Source of the DNA: Sporopachydermia quercuum
Taxonomy: Eukaryota
Assembly: GCA_001599295.1 (NCBI GenBank)
Contig: BCGN01000003.1
Coordinates: 1,674,001 to 1,738,000, forward strand
DNA: 64,000 bases
Direction of reading: 5' to 3'
The notes beneath the pieces were generated by a model that had not been told where the DNA came from, ran no database searches, and saw only the letters and a list, made by a program, of their open reading frames with translations. Below are positions 12,550 to 24,343 of the stretch, one piece after another; position 1 is the stretch's first letter, and the number at the start of each line of letters is the position of its first letter. Made by a program: the position numbers and the translations under genes.

Positions 12550-15500
12550 CTAATATTGGAAACAATCTTTCAAAAATGCCTCTTCCTCAGCAATATGCAT
12601 CTTCTTCGATCCAGCAGCAACAGAGGCACTGGGATCTCTTCCGACGTATCTAACAGTCAATCCGCTATACTTGTCGGTCTTTTCCAACACCTTAGCTAAT
12701 CTGGGTTCAGCATAGGCCCAGCCACCCATATTCATAGGCTCTTCTTGACACCAGACAATCTCCTCCAAGTTAGGATAGCTGTTAATGGTATCCAGCAATG
12801 GCTGGTAAGGGAAAGGATGTAATTGCTCGATTCTCAAGTTGGCGCTATCTGTGATACCGTGAGTCTCTCTGGCTTTATGCAAAGCAGTGAAAACCTGTCC
12901 AACACTCAAGACTAATCTCTTGGTGCCTTCCTTGTCGGCAATTGTCTTTCCATGCTCGGCATCTTCAATAATCCATTGGAAATGAGTGTCGCCAACGAAT
13001 TCGCTCAAGGGAGATCTCGCCAATGGGTGTCTCAACAAGCTCTTGGAGAAGAAGCAAATCAAAGGCTTTCTGAACTGGCGATGGATCTGGCGACGCAATA
13101 AATGGAAGACATTAGAAGGTGTGGTAGGATAAGCCACCTGCATATTGCAATCCTGATGTTGACGGTCCAGTTTCTCGGGGGAGGGGAAATATCGGGGGTC
13201 CTCGTTGCATAATTGTAGGTACCTTTCTATTCTACCTGAAGAATGCTCGGGACCTTGTCCATCGTACCCGTGGGGCAAGGAGAGCACCAAGCCGGATCTC
13301 TGTGCCCACTTGGACTCGCCAGCAGCAATAAACTGGTCGATAATAACCTGGGCGGTGTTGGCAAAATCACCAAACTGGGCTTCCCACATAACAAGAGCGT
13401 CCGGGGACGTCAACGAATATCCGTATTCAAAACCCATAATACCGTACTCAGATAGGGAGGAGTTGGAGATCACGAAATCGGCCTGCTTCTCGCTCACGTG
13501 CTTCAATGGCGTGTAGGTTTTCTCGCTTTCCTGGTCGTGGAGAACAGCGTGACGCTGGGAAAAGGTACCTCTTTCAACGTCCTGTCCGGAGACTCGCACG
13601 TGGTAGCCTTCGTCAACTAGAGAGCCGAAGGCCAATGCTTCACCAGTGGCCCAGTCAATGCCTTTTCCCTCGTCAATAGCCTTCTTTCTGGCGTTCAAAA
13701 TACGCTTCAGGTTTCTATGGACGTGGAAATCCTTGGGCCATGATGATACAACATCACCCAAGTGCTTGGCGGTGTCCTCAGTGATTCCCGTCGGCAAATG
13801 GGGGAGAACCTCGGTAGCCAGCTCCTTGGGGGTCTTAAATCCTTCCCAGGGTGATGCAAGCCATTCGGTGTTGGCAGGCTTATAGTCTTTGCTCTTCTTG
13901 TAGGAGTCTTCCAATAAGCCCCACACCCAGGCTTTATGCTCGTCAATGTCAGCCTTGGTGAAGGAACCCTCTGAGATGAGTTTTTCAGTGTAGAGATCCA
14001 CTGCAGGCTTCTTTTCAGCGATCTTCTTATACATCAGCGGCTGGGTGAAAGAAGGCTGATCGGTTTCGTTGTGGCCGTGTTTTCTGTAGCAGACAATGTC
14101 GATAATGACGTCGGAATGGAACGTGGCTCTCCATTCAGCAGCAAGATTGCAGATGAAGATGACGGACTCCATGTCGTCGGCGTTGACGTGGAAAATAGGC
14201 GCGTCGATTGCCTTGGCCAGGTCGGAAGGATAAGGCGTGGATCGCGAGAATTTGGGATCCGTGGTGAAACCAATCTGGTTGTTGACGATGATATGGATAG
14301 TGCCGCCGGTGGAATAGGCAGGCAGAGCAGTCAAACCCATAGTTTCGTACACGACACCTTGGGCAGCGAAGGCAGCATCACCATGGAGCAGAACAGCCAT
14401 GGCTTTGTTGAAGGTGCCCACGTCGTGACGGTAGTGTTGGGAGGCTCTGGTCTTGCCTAACACGACAGGGTCTTCGGCTTCTAAATGGGAAGGGTTTGCG
14501 ACCAGTGAAAGCTCGACGATTTTTCCTGAAGGTGTAGGACGTCTGTAGTTCATACCCAAATGGTATTTCACGTCGCCAGACCCTTCATCGAAATCCGTGG
14601 AGCCTGTGAACTCGGAGAGGATGGACTCGTTGGGTTTTCGGACAACGTTGGACAACATGTTCAGTCTGCCACGGTGAGGCATGCCAATGACGATGTCCTC
14701 AATACCATTGGCAACAGAAGAATCGATAATGGCCTTCATGCCGGGAATCATGGACTCCGCACCTTCAAGGCCAAAACGCTTGTCGTTGGGGAACTTCGTG
14801 GACAGGAAGGACTCGAAGGAAGACGCCCAGATCAATCTGTCCAGAATACCCCTTTTCTCGTCGACAGAGTACTTGAAAGGAGTGGGGATTTCCACGCGTT
14901 CTCTAATCCAGTCGCATTTTTCGCGGGAAGGAATGTGGATATATTCAATGCCGTAGCTGCCGCAGTAGATGTTCTCGCATGACTTGATGATTTCCCTCAA
15001 GGTCATTTCCTTCCTGCCGTCGGTAGCAAATCTGGGGAGAATGCCCGGTCCCAGGGTGATGGATTTGTCCAAATCAGCCTCGGTGAAACCGTAATGCTCG
15101 ATAGTGAGCTCCTTGGGGATTGGTTTCGATTTGTCATAGCCAAAAGACATTCCCAAGGGGTCTATTTTGGCCTTTTGGTGGCCTCTGACCTGGTAAGCCC
15201 GGACGAGGAGTTGGACCTTCAAATGGGTGATCACGTCTTCGGAAGCAACTCCAGAGGCGACTCCTTGGCCGGGAAAGATAGATGGCACGCCCCCTGACGG
15301 AGTAGGCACGATAGTGGGAGGAGCAATGAAAGCTTGCGACGGGGGAACAGAGGACTCCATGTTAGAAAAGTAGGCGTTCCAGGAAACGTGCACTGAGCTG
15401 GGGTCTTTTCTCCAGGCAGCGTACATTTCATCGATGTAGTTAGCGTTGTTTGTTTGAAGGAAGACATCGCTGCTGCTCTGTTTATTCTAGTTAGTAGGTG

Positions 15501-15638
15501 TTGTATAGTAATAACAGGGCATTCAAAGGTACTTACTGAAGCTAGAGGTCTGGTGAAGACCTTTAAACAGACACTGACACGACTAGAAACAAATCTAGAT
15601 TTGGAGAGATTAGGGACACGTTTTAAAGCGCTCAGCAT
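12550..15638 (-). CDS. KGD1: 2-oxoglutarate dehydrogenase E1, mitochondrial; exons 15638-15537 and 15477-12550 (1009 aa)
   Basis: Motifs [53 protein letters not shown]. Exon 1 encodes a basic presequence ([16 protein letters not shown]...) that splices in frame to [19 protein letters not shown]. Confidence 0.98.
15478..15536 (-). other. Spliceosomal intron of KGD1 (59 nt, phase 0)
   Basis: GTAAGT donor, TACTAAC branch point (15496-15490), CAG acceptor. Removal joins two frames. Confidence 0.93.
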
Positions 15639-16194
15639 TGTGAAGATGTGTGCGTAAATATATTAAAAAAGGTGATTAGTAGATGTTTGTATTGAGACCT
15701 GTTTCTACTCTGTTGCCCATCTAGGAAACTGAGTGATCAGCAGTATGGGAGTATTTGATGTTTTGGTCTTGAGACAAAGGCAATTGCAATGACAAAGACA
15801 ATGCAACAGAACAATGAAAAGGTGAACACAGCTGGAGATCAACAAGCGTTCATTCAGTTGTTCAGCACGGAATCAAATATCAATCAGTGACTGGTGCTTT
15901 GGTCGAAGTATGATGATGCTATCTCGATTGTGGTTATAGCGAGACTTCAGTAACAGACGATTGAATGCAGCGAATAGAATCAATCAATCAATCAACTGGG
16001 ACATTTGATGAGTTTGATATGTTTGATTTGCTGATATATAAACAGTTCAAATTATGAAATATGCAGTAAGGACAGTTATTTATTGTTTTTCATCCAATTA
16101 TCTGTTCTCCCAAAGGATGGACTTACAATTCTTTTATAAACAAAGTTGGAGGGTGCTGTCCCGAGAGAGATATGATGGGGTCTGCTGTGTACGG

Positions 16195-16400
16195 ATATAT
16201 TGGGGGTCTATGGGTTGGGGTTGGCCTTGATATTGGATGAATATGGACTGGACTGGGACTGGACTGGGACTAGGTGGGAGAGGGGGTGATTGGACTGAGA
16301 TTGGACTGGGACTTTATGGGACACTGAGAGGACACTGAGAGGACACATGGGGTCTGGAAAACGGTTAGAATGTCTGGGGAAAATGTGTGGGAGGGAAGGA
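16195..16400. promoter_or_regulatory. G-rich (plus strand) repetitive KGD1 upstream region: GGACTG(G) and GGACACTGAGA repeats, four CCAAT boxes, and a CTGGGG Mig1-like site
   Basis: ATTGG at 16199, 16232, 16289 and 16300; CTGGGG near 16374. KGD1 is Hap2/3/4/5-activated and glucose-repressed in S. cerevisiae. Confidence 0.5.
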
Positions 16401-19111
16401 TGCCAGGATAGATAGATGGACGGGCAAGAAAACAGCTTGGTTTGGCGGATATTATTATTGATAAAAGTAAGTATCTAGAATGTATGGTAAGAAGTTGTTA
16501 TGGATATTTTGTTTATTAATTAGAATGGTAGAATGAGTATTTGTATATGTTTACAGTGTTTACCGAGTAATGAATGGCACTCAGCAAGGAGGAACAATGG
16601 CTATTCTAATGGAGAAAAACGGATAGAGATCCAGAGTTGAAGAAACCTTCTTTCTTTCTAACTATTATAATAGCTTTCTTAACGGCAATCGACGAATCGA
16701 AAGGGATTCTTTGAAATGAAAAATAGAATTAAATAAATAATAGCTGGCTAGAAGTTATTCAAATAGTGAACGGTAGGTAGGTTGTAAGTGGTCTGTCAGT
16801 TGACATCTCGTCTACCTTTACGTTTGTTCAGTCACTTTCTGGCTAAAGTATGCGATCGATGATCTTGAACATCGTCATCAACTTGCGGAGACGTTTAGAT
16901 ACTCAATCCGCCCCTTTTACTCTACGAAGCAGTATGAAAGTGTGAAATGAGACCGCGAATATCAAAATGAGTCGGATATCTGACACTCATTGAATAAATT
17001 TTCACTATTGACATGTCTCAAGTTCCGTACACTTTGAATTGCAAATATATAAATATATAACTTGTCCGGTTTAAAGAGATACCAGGGCTCCAAAATTGGG
17101 GTTGGCTGTCATAAAAGCCTCATCTGTCACGAGGGTCTGAATGCCTTCAATTCGGGTTCTACGGTTAACCGTAGTGTGAGAAATAAAAAAAGGTAAGCTG
17201 CAAACCGGACACTGATAACTTTGTACTTAATGTAAAATACTGCAAGAATCAATATGTGATCACGTGGCTCTGAACCAATAGGGGTGTAAAGGAAAGAGAA
17301 CCCCAGAATACGCAATTTTGGGGAAGTTGGATGGATGATGGACGATGATGAAGTTCGAGGTTAAGCAGTATGGGATCCTAATGGAAGACTGATCTAGATG
17401 CAAAAAAAAGAAAGAATAAATTGGTGATGAAAAAATAGAAGCATTGAGGAAATAATGGTAGATAATGAAAGTATACTAATTTCCGGTATGTACATAGTAA
17501 GATAGATCCATTACTTCATCCTATTATTTCATCTAACACACCTTATAGACAATGACACCAATATAGTTCAACAATGATCATCTCAACAACATTATTGGCT
17601 CCAATATTAAGATCCTATTATACTTTATGATAATAAATCTCGTTTCATTATATATATCACCTTGCTTCCATTACCTATATTATGCATAGTGCTGCATCGG
17701 TATACATAAGGTAATATAAAAGCCGAGAACCGGGATAAAAGATTTAAGCTGGGTAATAAATCCTTCCCCATTGGTCATGGAAGTTTCACTTTTGCAGCCT
17801 TTTCACCTATCCAGTTGAACGTTTCATCTCTATTCTTTGGATTTCAGGGTAAAGAATGAGTGCTGCTGATTCACTCAATTTTTGTTTCTTTTCTGTTTTG
17901 TCTGACCGTTGAGATGCTGAGGTATTTAACTGAAACGTATATACGTACAATGAACGATCGGGATGAAGTTTGTTGAGAGGTTTGATAGATGTATTTTTGA
18001 ATATGTAATCGATTAAGAGTGCACTTCAAATGTGGGGAACGGAAACTAATTTATTAAATGAATGTTGTTTATTGGTTAGTCAGTTACTCATTATCTGAAC
18101 GCAAAGTGCATTGATTGACCATCTTCACAGTAGTGAGTGGATGAATGGAAGAAAGAGAAAGATAACTGTAATATACGAGAGAAACCGTTTCTTTTAGTTC
18201 ATAGTTGGGATATTGCTACTGATTACTGCTAGATAACTAGCACATCAGTTCCAGGTTATATGACTCGAGGATGTATCAGAAAGGAAACGAGGCCATCCGT
18301 AAAACAGGCATGCAGTAGTTATATCTAGTATTTACCTAAAACAACCGTGATTAATTGATTTGTTTCACGTTGAATTTTCTTCAGCAGAAGGCAAGAAAAG
18401 TGCTCCTGACGATAATGAGACTTGGTCGAGCCTATGTCAAAATAAAAGCATTCATTTCTCTCTCCACAACTTTCTTCCTTCCTCACCGGTAACCCAAAAT
18501 CAAAAACGTTCGATTTCTTATCTTCTTCCCTTTTCTTCCTTGTTAGTGCTTTCTGATTTCATTTTCTCACTCAGTTTCATCTATTTTCTCCTTTATCAAG
18601 AAATCTGTCTCAATTTCTCAATCTAATCATTCCAGCTGCTGAACCATCCAACATGGTGGTGATTCTTATGATGATGTGTCAGAGAGCAAGAGACAAGAAA
18701 AGGCTCAATAAGACTATCAGCCACTATATTTATTTTTCATCTTTTGTTCTATTCTTTCATTGTCGTTCATAGAGAATGAGTAAGTTGAGAAGTTCGAGTG
18801 AAATTTTCACTCAAATAACTGGAAAAAAGGAAGAATGAAGAAAATTCTCATAAACAGTAATGAAAATGAGCCATGTTATTGAACAAGAAATCCTCTTATC
18901 ATCAAAATAATTGATATCATATTGTCGCATACTATTATACTATATTATACACGTGACATATCATAACCACACAACAGAAGAATATAAACAGTTCGATATC
19001 ATTATATCATTATCAATAAAATGTAAAACTTTTATATACAACAACTTACAATGAAAACTAGTTCGAAAGCCCATTATCCAATCACTCTTCAACTAAAAAT
19101 ACACTTAAATA

Positions 19112-19891
19112 TTACAATTGCTTCAACTCCATCTTCAACTCGTCGATTTGGTTCTTCTTGAAAGAAACATTTAATTTCTCTTTACGAAGTTTACCTTTCA
19201 GTTCATCATATAATCCTTTCAAATGATTCAGCTCAGCGTTTCCTTGTAAAATCACGCTTTCGCGATTTCTTCTTAGGAAATCAACTTCTCTCTGAACAAT
19301 ATGATCTTCAACTTCTTTCCTTTTCCCTCTTTCTTGACTCTCGATGGTTAATAATGTATTTTGAAGTTTATAATGAGAAATGATTGTTCTTGATTTCTTT
19401 AATGCTGTCATTAGAAGATCTATTACTTCATCTGCTTCCAATAGTTTACTTTTCAGCCAATCAACACTGACGTCCGTCCTATTAATTTCTTCTTTCGTTG
19501 GATGTGAATATTTGCTTTCGGCTTTGTTTAGTAATTCAAACAGCTCTTCAACGCCTGCTTCTGGTTGAGGAGGGGATATCCCGTTTTTGCTTGTAGAGTT
19601 TATGGTATGACTTCCATCTGTTGAAGGTGTTGGGAATAAGCTTGGTATTGTTGTTGGGGTTTTAGCTATTGCATCTTGGGGTGTAGTTAATGTGATGCTT
19701 TGTTTGATTGGTGCTTTGAATTTGATGATAGGTTTCCCGGGTATCGTGGTATCGTTTCTTTCCTTCTCCAGTTTAGGCTTCTTCCTTTCATTAGTTGACT
19801 CGTTCTGAGCCTCACTATCTCCCTCCGCGTCAGACTTTCTTTTCACTGCTGTTTTGCCACTATAGGCAAACGGCGATCCCAAATCTGACAT
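19112..19891 (-). CDS. Coiled-coil protein, probably Fdo1(YMR144W)-like, with an NLS-like N-terminus
   Basis: 259-aa ATG ORF. The C-terminal LKKSRTIISHYKLQNTLLTIESQERGKRKEVEDHIV resembles the recalled Fdo1 segment (QLKFKNMILT...RHEVEDNL). Basic patches KRK and RKKPK. Confidence 0.6.
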   Translation of the reverse strand: MSDLGSPFAYSGKTAVKRKSDAEGDSEAQNESTNERKKPKLEKERNDTTIPGKPIIKFKAPIKQSITLTTPQDAIAKTPTTIPSLFPTPSTDGSHTINSTSKNGISPPQPEAGVEELFELLNKAESKYSHPTKEEINRTDVSVDWLKSKLLEADEVIDLLMTALKKSRTIISHYKLQNTLLTIESQERGKRKEVEDHIVQREVDFLRRNRESVILQGNAELNHLKGLYDELKGKLRKEKLNVSFKKNQIDELKMELKQL

Positions 19892-22341
19892 CTTCGCCTA
19901 AGCAACACTTCGACCAGCTGCAACTATGATGATACTTATAGACAAGACAAATCAGTTGATGCTGTCTATTTCTTCAATATTATCTTATCTTCCTCAGTAT
20001 ATGGTTGACCCGGTTCTACTGTTACCATAAATAGAATTGCAATATGTTGATTCACTTTTTAAGTAAACGTATCCCTGTCGCAACAGCCGACTGATTGGTT
20101 ATTGACTTCTCTGTTCGATAACAATAATATACCAAAAAAAAAACCAAAAATAACATGAAAACAAACATATGCACGCTTGATCACTTCACACTTCCAGTCG
20201 ACACGATGTACCCTCACGTTTAGCTCATACTTTACTTCTCGAAAACAACTCTTTTCTTGTGAGTACTGGGTTAACTTCTACAATGAATAGATAGTATCAA
20301 TAGCACCTCGTTGGTTTGATGGAGTAGTAGGTAAGATGTAAAGATATAACGGATGGAGACCACCAAGTATATACTTGGGTATTTTGGCCTGTGACAATAA
20401 ATTTTTAGAGTTTATGTTGGTGTAGTAACTGTGACAGTAGGAATGACAAAGGAAACCAACAATTGTCGGTCTTCCCATACAAAAGGGTCTTTAGGTTTGA
20501 GGTACTGTCACTAAACCAATAAAATAAAGTTGATCGGCATGAGCTATATACTAATTGAGTTTAGAATATATGAAACTCAACTTTTAAACAAACTTAATTA
20601 AGGTTCATAATGGCTTCTATTTTAGAAGTAAGTGTGCACTCTTATGCAGAGGTTTGCAGTAACTATGCATAATGGTATACATCCAAGGTTGTAGAAACAG
20701 TTTGTTCCCCTAGTTGTTCCCCTTGTCTAGTCATTACCTCCCATCCTTCCAATCATTACATCGTATCGATCAAGCGAGTATGAGATACAAGCAAATAAAA
20801 ATGAGCATTGTTTTTATTAATTTGTCTATTGTGTAATGAATTGGAATTATTAGCTATCTAGTACTATAGTTGGCTCTGATATATCTGATTAGAACCTCAT
20901 GCTCAAAATTATGTAGTGCCTTGCATCCTGCATTACTATATATCACTGATACTGGCTTGGTTGTATTTGGAGGAACACTTATAATCTACTAACTTAGAAG
21001 CGACGTCAAAACATGGTATATTAAAAATAATAATTAACGGTTATACTGCAAATCCATTCATTACTCATGTATTATTTGCCTTTTACATCCTCATTGTGCC
21101 TGCTTTGAGGTAACTGCATATTTTTAGTGAACCTACCGTAATTCTGCTACTCCAAGGTCCAGGCAGGCAGGGAAGCCAAAAGGGGAGAGAGGATCAATAA
21201 TTACAAATGTAAGATGCGCAGCAAAAACCTGACAAGCAAATGAGACGATCGACCTCATCATTCAAATTATAACTACCCTCATTAGGTTTCCTTCTGTCTC
21301 TAATGAATCGTAAGAAAGGTTGTCGATCGCATAGGTAGGAAAGAATAGGAAGAGTTGCGTTTATGTAAGCTGAGATTCACTTTAACGAAGTACAAGTCGA
21401 ATCACTGTCAAAAATTATCTCTCGATAAAAAGGACATTAATGTAGCTCCGAGGTTAGTAAACAGTATGGGTAAGCTGGGCCCATAGTTCTGACCATAAGA
21501 TGGATCTGCTGTATAGTTGTGGATAATAAGAGGTAAAGATATTCTTTACGGAAACAATCGACGGATGTCGTTGATTAATATATTCGTACTCTTTGAATAC
21601 AATAGGAGTTATGCAAGGCGAGTTCTTCTTTGTATTTTATGATTTGGTCATTATCGTTTAGTATTCATTGAAAACATCTACTTTAAACTTTGCACTGTTT
21701 TTCTCTTTCCTTTTCTTTCCCTCTTCTTCCATTTTCTTTGGTCTACTGCATATTTTAGGGTTCATCAATGATNGATACTTCCCTTATGCTTATCCGTTGA
21801 GGAAATAAACACTTTGTTTCCCTATAAAGGTAATTGAGACAAGAAAAGAAAATGGCTTGATGTCAGATTGGACGAAACCATAAAGATATAAAATACACTT
21901 TTAGGTCCACTTTGCACTGTATTTCCCAACTATTACCCAACTTCTATCTCCCGTGAGTCGATAATTATATGATTATCATTAATAAAAGCAATACAATAAT
22001 CGTTAATCATGTGCACACCTTCACTCAAGTCAAGCCATTGAATTGCCTATCATCAGCAAAGCAAACCTAAATCCTTAGAATATATTTGATGATGTAATCA
22101 TTTAAATTTACCTTTACTTCGCGTCTCATTATACCAGATATATGCGTACATTATGGCATCGTGTAGTTTCCAGAACACTCTATCCAAACATGAACGGACG
22201 TTCAGAAAAGGAAAACTGAAAAAACCGAACGACGAGTAAAGATATATCACAGTAGCTGAGGGCAGAAAGATGATGATGCTATTCGGAAAAAGCCCTAGTG
22301 AATATATTCAACAATAAAGGAAAGTATAAAACAATATCAAG

Positions 22342-22755
22342 ATGTCTTCCGAAGCTGCTATTTCTTACGCTGCCCTCATCCTTGCCGATTCCGGCATTGA
22401 AATCACCTCTGACAAGCTTTTGACTTTGACCAAGGCTGCTGGTGCCTCTGTTGATGCTGTAAGTATATGAATGGTTTACAATTTGAAACAATTCCGTTTG
22501 CTGATTTTGAGATAAGAAATGGGAGATACTAATAAGAATAATTAGATCTGGGCTGATGTTTTCTCTAAGGCCTTGGAAGGTAAGGACCTTAAGGAAATCC
22601 TTTCCAGTTTCTCTGCTGCTCCTGCTGCTGGTGCCGCCGTTGGTGGTGCTTCTGCTGCCGCTGGTGGTGCTGCTGAAGAAGCCGCCGCTGAAGAAGAAGC
22701 TGCTGAAGAAGCTGAAGAATCTGACGACGATATGGGATTCGGTTTGTTCGACTAA
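22342..22755 (+). CDS. RPP1B: 60S acidic ribosomal protein P1; exons 22342-22458 and 22546-22755 (108 aa)
   Basis: [58 protein letters not shown]...[22 protein letters not shown] and the intron position match RPP1B. Confidence 0.95.
22459..22545 (+). other. Spliceosomal intron of RPP1B (87 nt)
   Basis: GTAAGT donor, variant branch point TACTAAT (22527-22533), TAG acceptor, in-frame join. Confidence 0.92.
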
Positions 22756-22971
22756 ACGATATATTTCGAAGAAGTTCAACATCACATGTTATCTATTAGT
22801 TCAACTTAGAATAAAAATTATAATATATGAAATGAGATTATTGTAATTATGTGTCGTGATAAAATGAAATTTAGCTCCTGTTCAAATTATGTAAAATAAA
22901 AAATCTATATACGGGGGATAGAACGTAAAAGCAATAAATCGAATCCCCAAGTTAACATTAAATGAACAGTC

Positions 22972-23715
22972 TTATGAGAAGAACTTGTCCAAGTTCTTCA
23001 ACCAGTTGACATATTCACTGTTTTCTCTAGCATCAGAATAAGCATAGATGAATTCTAATAAGTTTTCATCAATGCCTTCTTCTGCGAGCCAGCTTTCGAA
23101 ACTAGTTTGCAAGGTTTCATCTAAATCATCGAATCTAGGACCTGCGTAAACCAATCTTCTCTTGTATTCAGCATCCCCAGTTTCTTCCAAAGCGAGTTTA
23201 GCATCATCATAATGCATAACAGAAGAGATATGAACACCCTCCCCGCCAGGATGCATCAAAAGTTCAACTGCAATAGCAGAGTTGTCTGATTTTTTAGAGA
23301 TGATTACATTCAAAGGAACGAGATCTCCACCAATGATTTCATCATCCAAGTCTTCGTTGACTTCTTCAACTTCAGGAGCTTGGCAGTTCACGACTTCTGC
23401 AAAGTCAAAGAAAATTCTGACAGTTTTGTCGTCAGTAGTCTTGACAAGTTGACCTAAAGTGTACTTTTCGGTTTCAACAACCTGGAAGTCGGATTTGGAA
23501 AGGAATTCACCAATTAAAGGATCAGGAGTGTATGGTTCAATGACAGTTTCGTGGTTGATTTCTTGGCTAATAGCACCCTTCAGAGCATCTTCGTTGAACC
23601 TAGGGGTGTAAGTCATAAAGGTTCTAGCACCATTAAAAGCGGTTCTAGACGTGATTTGTCTAGTCAATCCAGACTTTGCAACTTGCAAAAAGCTTCTTGT
23701 AATTCTGGCAGACAT
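22972..23715 (-). CDS. MAM33: Mitochondrial acidic matrix protein (MAM33/C1QBP family), ATG at 23715
   Basis: Arg-rich presequence MSARITRSF..., acidic body, C-terminal YAGPRFDDLDETLQ..FESWLAEEGID and ENSEYVNWLKNLDKFF. Confidence 0.93.
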   Translation of the reverse strand: MSARITRSFLQVAKSGLTRQITSRTAFNGARTFMTYTPRFNEDALKGAISQEINHETVIEPYTPDPLIGEFLSKSDFQVVETEKYTLGQLVKTTDDKTVRIFFDFAEVVNCQAPEVEEVNEDLDDEIIGGDLVPLNVIISKKSDNSAIAVELLMHPGGEGVHISSVMHYDDAKLALEETGDAEYKRRLVYAGPRFDDLDETLQTSFESWLAEEGIDENLLEFIYAYSDARENSEYVNWLKNLDKFFS

Positions 23716-24343
23716 CGTGTTAATTGAAAGGGTGAATAAAGACAAATCTATCAATTATACAGTTACTTGATTATCCGATAAACTTCCTTCAATCGGCTGT
23801 ATTTTCACAAAATGTTTTAATTCATAGTTCGTGTTATGCGCAAGTACTTAGATATAAAAGAAACAAGAGATGAGATTCATTGGTGTGAATTATGGAAGAT
23901 TGAGGAAATGAAATTTGCCATACAATTTAAATTTTCAATTCTACTTCGTTGTTATTGTTTCCTAGTGGATAATATGATGAGGTGATATTTTAATGTACTA
24001 CGTGGGGGTAATGGAAAGATCTTATTGGAGGGATATCTCATGTTAGTTCGGATATTTTCAATTAGTGAGAGAGAGCTGAAGCAAAAAATAGAGTGTTAAG
24101 ATGGTGTTTCCTGGTAAGTTGATTGATGATTGTTTTATATTATAATTGCAATACGTTCGAGGATAAGAAATTAGTGAAGTAGAAGTAGAAATATGAATGC
24201 TTGATTGAACCACTACAACTGAACTCGTTTAAGCCTACAACTTTGAAACATGTTCGAATTGATTATATTAAACGAGCAACAATATATGCAATCATAACCG
24301 CTTGACAAAAATTATCAATAACACTCTTATCCAATATCCCTAC

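Noticed and set aside
13205..15297. Many overlapping and antisense ORFs inside KGD1 (likewise in SIM1, CDC14, SOG2, RPP1B, MEP)
   Set aside because: Shadows of codon bias and low-complexity coding sequence, with no recognisable protein features.
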